The notes under the pieces were generated by a model. It saw nothing but the letters and a program-made list of their open reading frames with translations, did not search any database and was not told the DNA's origin. Made by a program: the position numbers and the translations under genes. Of a DNA stretch of 40,624 nucleotides, positions 37,050 to 40,624 are shown one piece after another. Where the stretch lies: positions 1 to 40,624 of the forward strand of contig JBDRNT010000158.1 in the NCBI GenBank assembly GCA_043810925.1. The letters run 5' to 3'. Origin of the DNA: Candidatus Eiseniibacteriota bacterium (lineage in GTDB: Bacteria; Arandabacterota; Arandabacteria; Arandabacterales; Arandabacteraceae). The first letter of the stretch is position 1; every line of letters begins with the position of its first letter.

Positions 37050-37331
37050 GGACTGGAGGAAACTGATATTCTACCTGAGAGAGGCTTATCGGTCCTGCCG
37101 GACATGGTTGTCGTCTCGTTTTACTTAAATGACAGCCGTCCTCCCTTCATGTCTACGCAGGTTTTCTCGAGACCTACCCGCAGGTTCGGCTTCGTTGATC
37201 TGCTGCCGGTGCTCAGGGGGCACAGGGACAAGAAACTGTTCTTCGATCAGTGCCATCCCGGCATAAGTGCGAATGCAATCATAGGAGAAGAGATCGGACG
37301 TTACTTGGAAAGAGAACTCTCGCGCCTGTGA
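37050..37331 (+). pseudogene. SGNH/GDSL hydrolase remnant
   Basis: PDMVVVSFYLND (block III-like), VDLLPVLR and LFFDQCHP (block V DxxH) are compressed into about 90 codons; no block I Ser and no start. The 5' boundary is approximate. Confidence 0.7.
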
Positions 37332-37422
37332 TTTCTCCAGCTCCAGTAGCGGCCGTGGAACATATCTTTGAAGAGCTCGTCTAATAAGTGGAGACGATAT
37401 ACAAACGCGGAGGTTTGAGGCG

Positions 37423-37731
37423 ATGAAGGTGGTAATCATATTGATCGTTATGCTCTTGACCGTGTCGGTCGCAGCTCTGGGAGATGCCGGCAATAGTGGT
37501 CACATGGGGTACGGAGACCGTATGATGAGCTATGGAGGGGGGCTTCTAATGTGGCTTATAATCCTCATCGTGGCGGCGATAGTGGTCTATGCGGCGTTCC
37601 AGCTCACAAGATCCAGAGGACAGGCTGGAACCACGGGAGAGACGCCGCTAGATATTCTTAAGAAGCGCTATGCGAGAGGCGAGATAACCCTCGAGGAATT
37701 TGAGGAAAAGAAGAGGCATCTGATGACCTGA
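37423..37731 (+). CDS. SHOCT-domain membrane protein
   Basis: Signal, Gly/Met-rich segment and TM helix, then ETPLDILKKRYARGEITLEEFEE. Confidence 0.9.
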   Translation: MKVVIILIVMLLTVSVAALGDAGNSGHMGYGDRMMSYGGGLLMWLIILIVAAIVVYAAFQLTRSRGQAGTTGETPLDILKKRYARGEITLEEFEEKKRHLMT

Positions 37732-37857
37732 GGCAGACGCCTCGCCAGAAGACGAATGGCCCACGCATGCGAGCATTACCCTCTGGGCACTCGTGGGCCA
37801 CTTGTACCTCAAAAGCCATGAGACTTTAGGGATTCTTAATCTGCCTCCTACGAGCCC

Positions 37858-38412
37858 TCAATGGTGGATCTCGTGCTCCGTGGTCTCCTCTGACTTCTCT
37901 GGCTCGGGAGCAGGGCTTTCAGATTTATCTCCCTTCATGCGCTTACCATCCATCATGCCCTTGTCACCCATCGTGCCTTTGCCGCCCATCATGCCACCAC
38001 CCTCCATCATACCGCCCTCTCCCATCATCTTCTCCATCACTGGGCACTTTTCACCCATGTGCATCATCATCCTATGCATATCCCCCATGCCAACCTTTAG
38101 CTCGGCTTCCTCCTTCAGATTCAGATGCCTGTCGTACTTGTAAAGCTTTCCGCCGAGCATCACTACGACCCCACCGTCTCTTGTCGCCACAAGAACCGGT
38201 TCAGCCATTGATTCCATCATCTTGTGCATGGGGCACATCTGCGTCATGCCCTGACACATCATGCCCCCGTGGCACTTCATGTCCCCACCACTCATCATTT
38301 CGCCTTTCATCCCCGTCCCCCCAGCTTTCATCGTACCCTCATAAGCCAGGACAGTGGAGGCGACGGCACACAACAAAACCAGACCAAACAGCACTGCCAT
38401 CTTCCCCTGCAT
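37858..38412 (-). CDS. Exported Met/Gly/His-rich protein, likely periplasmic copper-binding
   Basis: Signal peptide; many MM/GGMM repeats, CPM/CPV, C-terminal HEIHH; downstream of the Cu ATPase. Confidence 0.8.
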   Translation of the reverse strand: MQGKMAVLFGLVLLCAVASTVLAYEGTMKAGGTGMKGEMMSGGDMKCHGGMMCQGMTQMCPMHKMMESMAEPVLVATRDGGVVVMLGGKLYKYDRHLNLKEEAELKVGMGDMHRMMMHMGEKCPVMEKMMGEGGMMEGGGMMGGKGTMGDKGMMDGKRMKGDKSESPAPEPEKSEETTEHEIHH

Positions 38413-38415
38413 TTA

Positions 38416-39483
38416 CTACCTCCTCTTCTTCAAAAGATAGTCCTTTGCACTCAGTGCAGCCTTCGCCCCTTCGCCGGAGGCGATGATGATCCTCTTACCA
38501 AAGGAGTTAGCTGCGTCCCCGCAGGCGAACACACCTGCAACATTCGTTGAACAGTCAGGGCCTATGATTATCTCCCCCCTCTCGTTGAGTCCAACCAGAT
38601 CCTGACAGAACTCGGTGTTGGGTGTGAAGCCCACCTGAATGAAGACGCCATCGCATCGGGCCTCTCGTCTTTCCTTGCCATCATCCGTTTGGATGACGAT
38701 CCCCTCTACCTTGTCTTCTCCTTTGATCTCGACAACATCATATCTTTCCAGTATCTCAACACGTTCAGACCCTCTGAGGACATCGATATCAGATTGGTCA
38801 GCGATTAGATTGCCTTTCGACAGTAGAATCACTTCGCAGCCCATGCCTTTTAGATCATTGGCTGTCTGCACTGCCGAATTGCCACCGCCGACAACTGCAA
38901 CAACGGAGTCCGGCAGCCGGGGAATATCATGCACCATCCTGTAGAATATGCCTCGTCTCTGTAGTCGCTCCTCACCCGGGATGCCGAGTTTTCTCCGCTT
39001 CATGCCACTGGCAACAATGGTTGCACGTGTCCTAAGTCGCCGTTTGGCTCTTGTCAGAATTTCCAGGCTATCATCCGCCCGGTTGATGTTCACAACCTCG
39101 TCTATGCAATGGTCCAAGTAATGCTTATGCAGAAACTGGTCGCTGAACTTCCTGACAAGATCGGGACCGCTAATGAAATCAAAGCCCATATAGTTCTTGA
39201 TTTTCGTACTGTCGATGGCCTGGCCACCGATGTCTTTGGCCAGCAGAATCGTGTCGATCTGCTGCACAGAGACATAGACTGCCGCCGTCAGCCCGGCAGG
39301 TCCACCACCGATGATCACGAGATCATACATGTGCTTTTCCAGGTAGTCCTTGTGCTGGCTTTTGAATCGATCCAGACATCCCAGGGAACAAAACAGATTC
39401 TTCTTACCCTCGTACTCGAAACCAAAGTCCTCGCTGTCAACTTCCATTCCGCAGATCGGATCTCTCATTGCCGGCTCTGTCAC
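38416..39483 (-). CDS. YHS/TRASH domain fused to thioredoxin-reductase-like FAD/NAD(P) oxidoreductase lacking CxxC
   Basis: DPICGM...FCSLGC; GGGPAGLTAA, ASG, VVGGGNSA, GVFACGD; GTG at 39483 chosen from SD AGGAGG. Confidence 0.9.
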   Translation of the reverse strand: MTEPAMRDPICGMEVDSEDFGFEYEGKKNLFCSLGCLDRFKSQHKDYLEKHMYDLVIIGGGPAGLTAAVYVSVQQIDTILLAKDIGGQAIDSTKIKNYMGFDFISGPDLVRKFSDQFLHKHYLDHCIDEVVNINRADDSLEILTRAKRRLRTRATIVASGMKRRKLGIPGEERLQRRGIFYRMVHDIPRLPDSVVAVVGGGNSAVQTANDLKGMGCEVILLSKGNLIADQSDIDVLRGSERVEILERYDVVEIKGEDKVEGIVIQTDDGKERREARCDGVFIQVGFTPNTEFCQDLVGLNERGEIIIGPDCSTNVAGVFACGDAANSFGKRIIIASGEGAKAALSAKDYLLKKRR

Positions 39484-39495
39484 TCTGAGCACCTC

Positions 39496-40624
39496 CTACT
39501 TCGGAACACGCAGGAACCGCGCGTTGACTGCAACGATCACTGTACTTAAGGACATGAGTACAGCACCCATAGCAGGGCTCAAGATTATTCCCGACCGGTA
39601 GAGCACGCCTGCTGCCAGGGGAATCGCAAAGGCATTGTAGCCCGTTGCCCACACCAGATTCTGGACCATCTTTCTGTAGGTCGCACGAGCCAGCCTGATG
39701 ATGGAGACCGCATCGAGAGGATTGCTCTTGACAAGCACTATGTCGGCTGTTTCGACGGCCACGTCGGTCCCTGCACCGATTGCTATTCCCACATCTGCCT
39801 GTGCAAGAGCAGGCGCATCATTCACTCCATCCCCTGTCATCGCAACAACCAGTCCCCGCTGCTGTACCTCCCTTACCTTAGCTGCCTTCTCCTCAGGTAG
39901 AACCTCAGCAAAGTACTCATCCAACCCGATTTCGTCGGACACCGACCGCGCAACCTCTCCGTTGTCGCCAGTGAGCATCATACACCTGATTCCCATTTCC
40001 TTTAATTGGGAGATGGCCTCCCTGGATTCGGGCCTGATAATATCGGCGAGGGCAATCGCACCACTGAGTTTGTCCTCGATCATCACAAAGACGACTGTCT
40101 TTCCTTGCCCGGCGAGGCCCGCGATCCGTTCATCGTCAACTGCAACGCCTCTATCTCTCAGAAAGCCCGGGCTTACGACTTCCACGTGCTTGCCCTTGAC
40201 AGTGCCCTCTGCACCTCTGCCGGGAATCGCGCGGAAACCTTTGACAGGTAGCGCTACCGGATTTGAGGCCGCAATCGCTTTCGCAATTGGGTGCTCAGAG
40301 TGTGCTTCCACTGCCGCAGCATACTGCACAAGTCCATCTGAATCTACGTCATCCGTGAGAGGCACGATGTCCGTGACCCCAAATCGGCCCTCGGTAAGCG
40401 TCCCCGTTTTGTCGAATATGATTGCTTGTATGCTGCGGGCCTTCTCGAAGGCAGCTCGATCCCTTATCAGAAGACCCTCCTTCGCGGAGAGCGCTGTCGA
40501 GACCGCCACAACCAGGGGGACGGCAAGCCCAAGCGCGTGCGGACAGGTTATCACCATCACGGTTACAGTTCGTTCGAGGGCAAAGGCAAAGTCCTTGTCA
40601 AGTATTACAAACCATACGAAGAGC
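39496..40624 (-). CDS. copB: Copper-translocating P1B-type ATPase (CPH motif, CopB-like), 5' end beyond window
   Basis: CPHALGLA, DKTGTLT, SEHP, TGDN, GDGVNDAPAL, YN, MSLST. Confidence 0.92.
   Translation of the reverse strand, partial: LFVWFVILDKDFAFALERTVTVMVITCPHALGLAVPLVVAVSTALSAKEGLLIRDRAAFEKARSIQAIIFDKTGTLTEGRFGVTDIVPLTDDVDSDGLVQYAAAVEAHSEHPIAKAIAASNPVALPVKGFRAIPGRGAEGTVKGKHVEVVSPGFLRDRGVAVDDERIAGLAGQGKTVVFVMIEDKLSGAIALADIIRPESREAISQLKEMGIRCMMLTGDNGEVARSVSDEIGLDEYFAEVLPEEKAAKVREVQQRGLVVAMTGDGVNDAPALAQADVGIAIGAGTDVAVETADIVLVKSNPLDAVSIIRLARATYRKMVQNLVWATGYNAFAIPLAAGVLYRSGIILSPAMGAVLMSLSTVIVAVNARFLRVPK

Noticed and set aside
37930-38300. Short catcat/cccat repeats
   Set aside because: Explained by Met/Gly codons of the Met-rich protein on the minus strand.
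1-40624. tRNA, rRNA, CRISPR arrays, selenocysteine read-through
   Set aside because: I saw no cloverleaf or rRNA-like segment, no regularly spaced repeat-spacer array, and no TGA interrupting a recognisable domain. This was inspection by eye only.

Overview
About 40.6 kb of moderately GC-rich bacterial chromosome. It is probably from an FCB-related candidate phylum (Eisenbacteria/Krumholzibacteriota/Latescibacterota-like); this is inferred from secreted proteins carrying FlgD/T9SS-like C-terminal domains and an 'SWGAIKALYR' tail. The window opens on the left end of an IS1202/ISNCY-like insertion sequence. It then holds many exported or lipoprotein enzymes: two alpha/beta-hydrolase paralogues, a beta-helix protein, an aspartyl protease-PDZ, a Tat-signal aldo/keto reductase, an EEP phosphodiesterase, a peptidylarginine/agmatine deiminase, a class C acid phosphatase, an M28 peptidase with an inserted beta-propeller, and an ankyrin-MBL protein. 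Metal-homeostasis genes are dense: corA, a czcI-like/C/B/A/P-II efflux operon, mntP, and a CPH-type Cu ATPase operon. There is also a DUF3524 (GTDC1/QTMAN-like) glycosyltransferase, a stand-alone TIR gene and two decayed gene remnants (LysR, SGNH). The most notable observations are: (1) a copper operon encoding a YHS/TRASH-fused thioredoxin-reductase-like flavoprotein that has lost its CxxC; (2) a dispersed ~25-bp repeat family, occurring singly and as inverted pairs, that sits at gene boundaries and supplies stop codons; (3) a secreted pseudo-hydrolase-TPR; (4) a small beta-barrel-like protein with an N-terminal CxxxCxxC. No rRNA, tRNA or CRISPR array was seen. All assignments come from motif recognition by eye; no searches were run.
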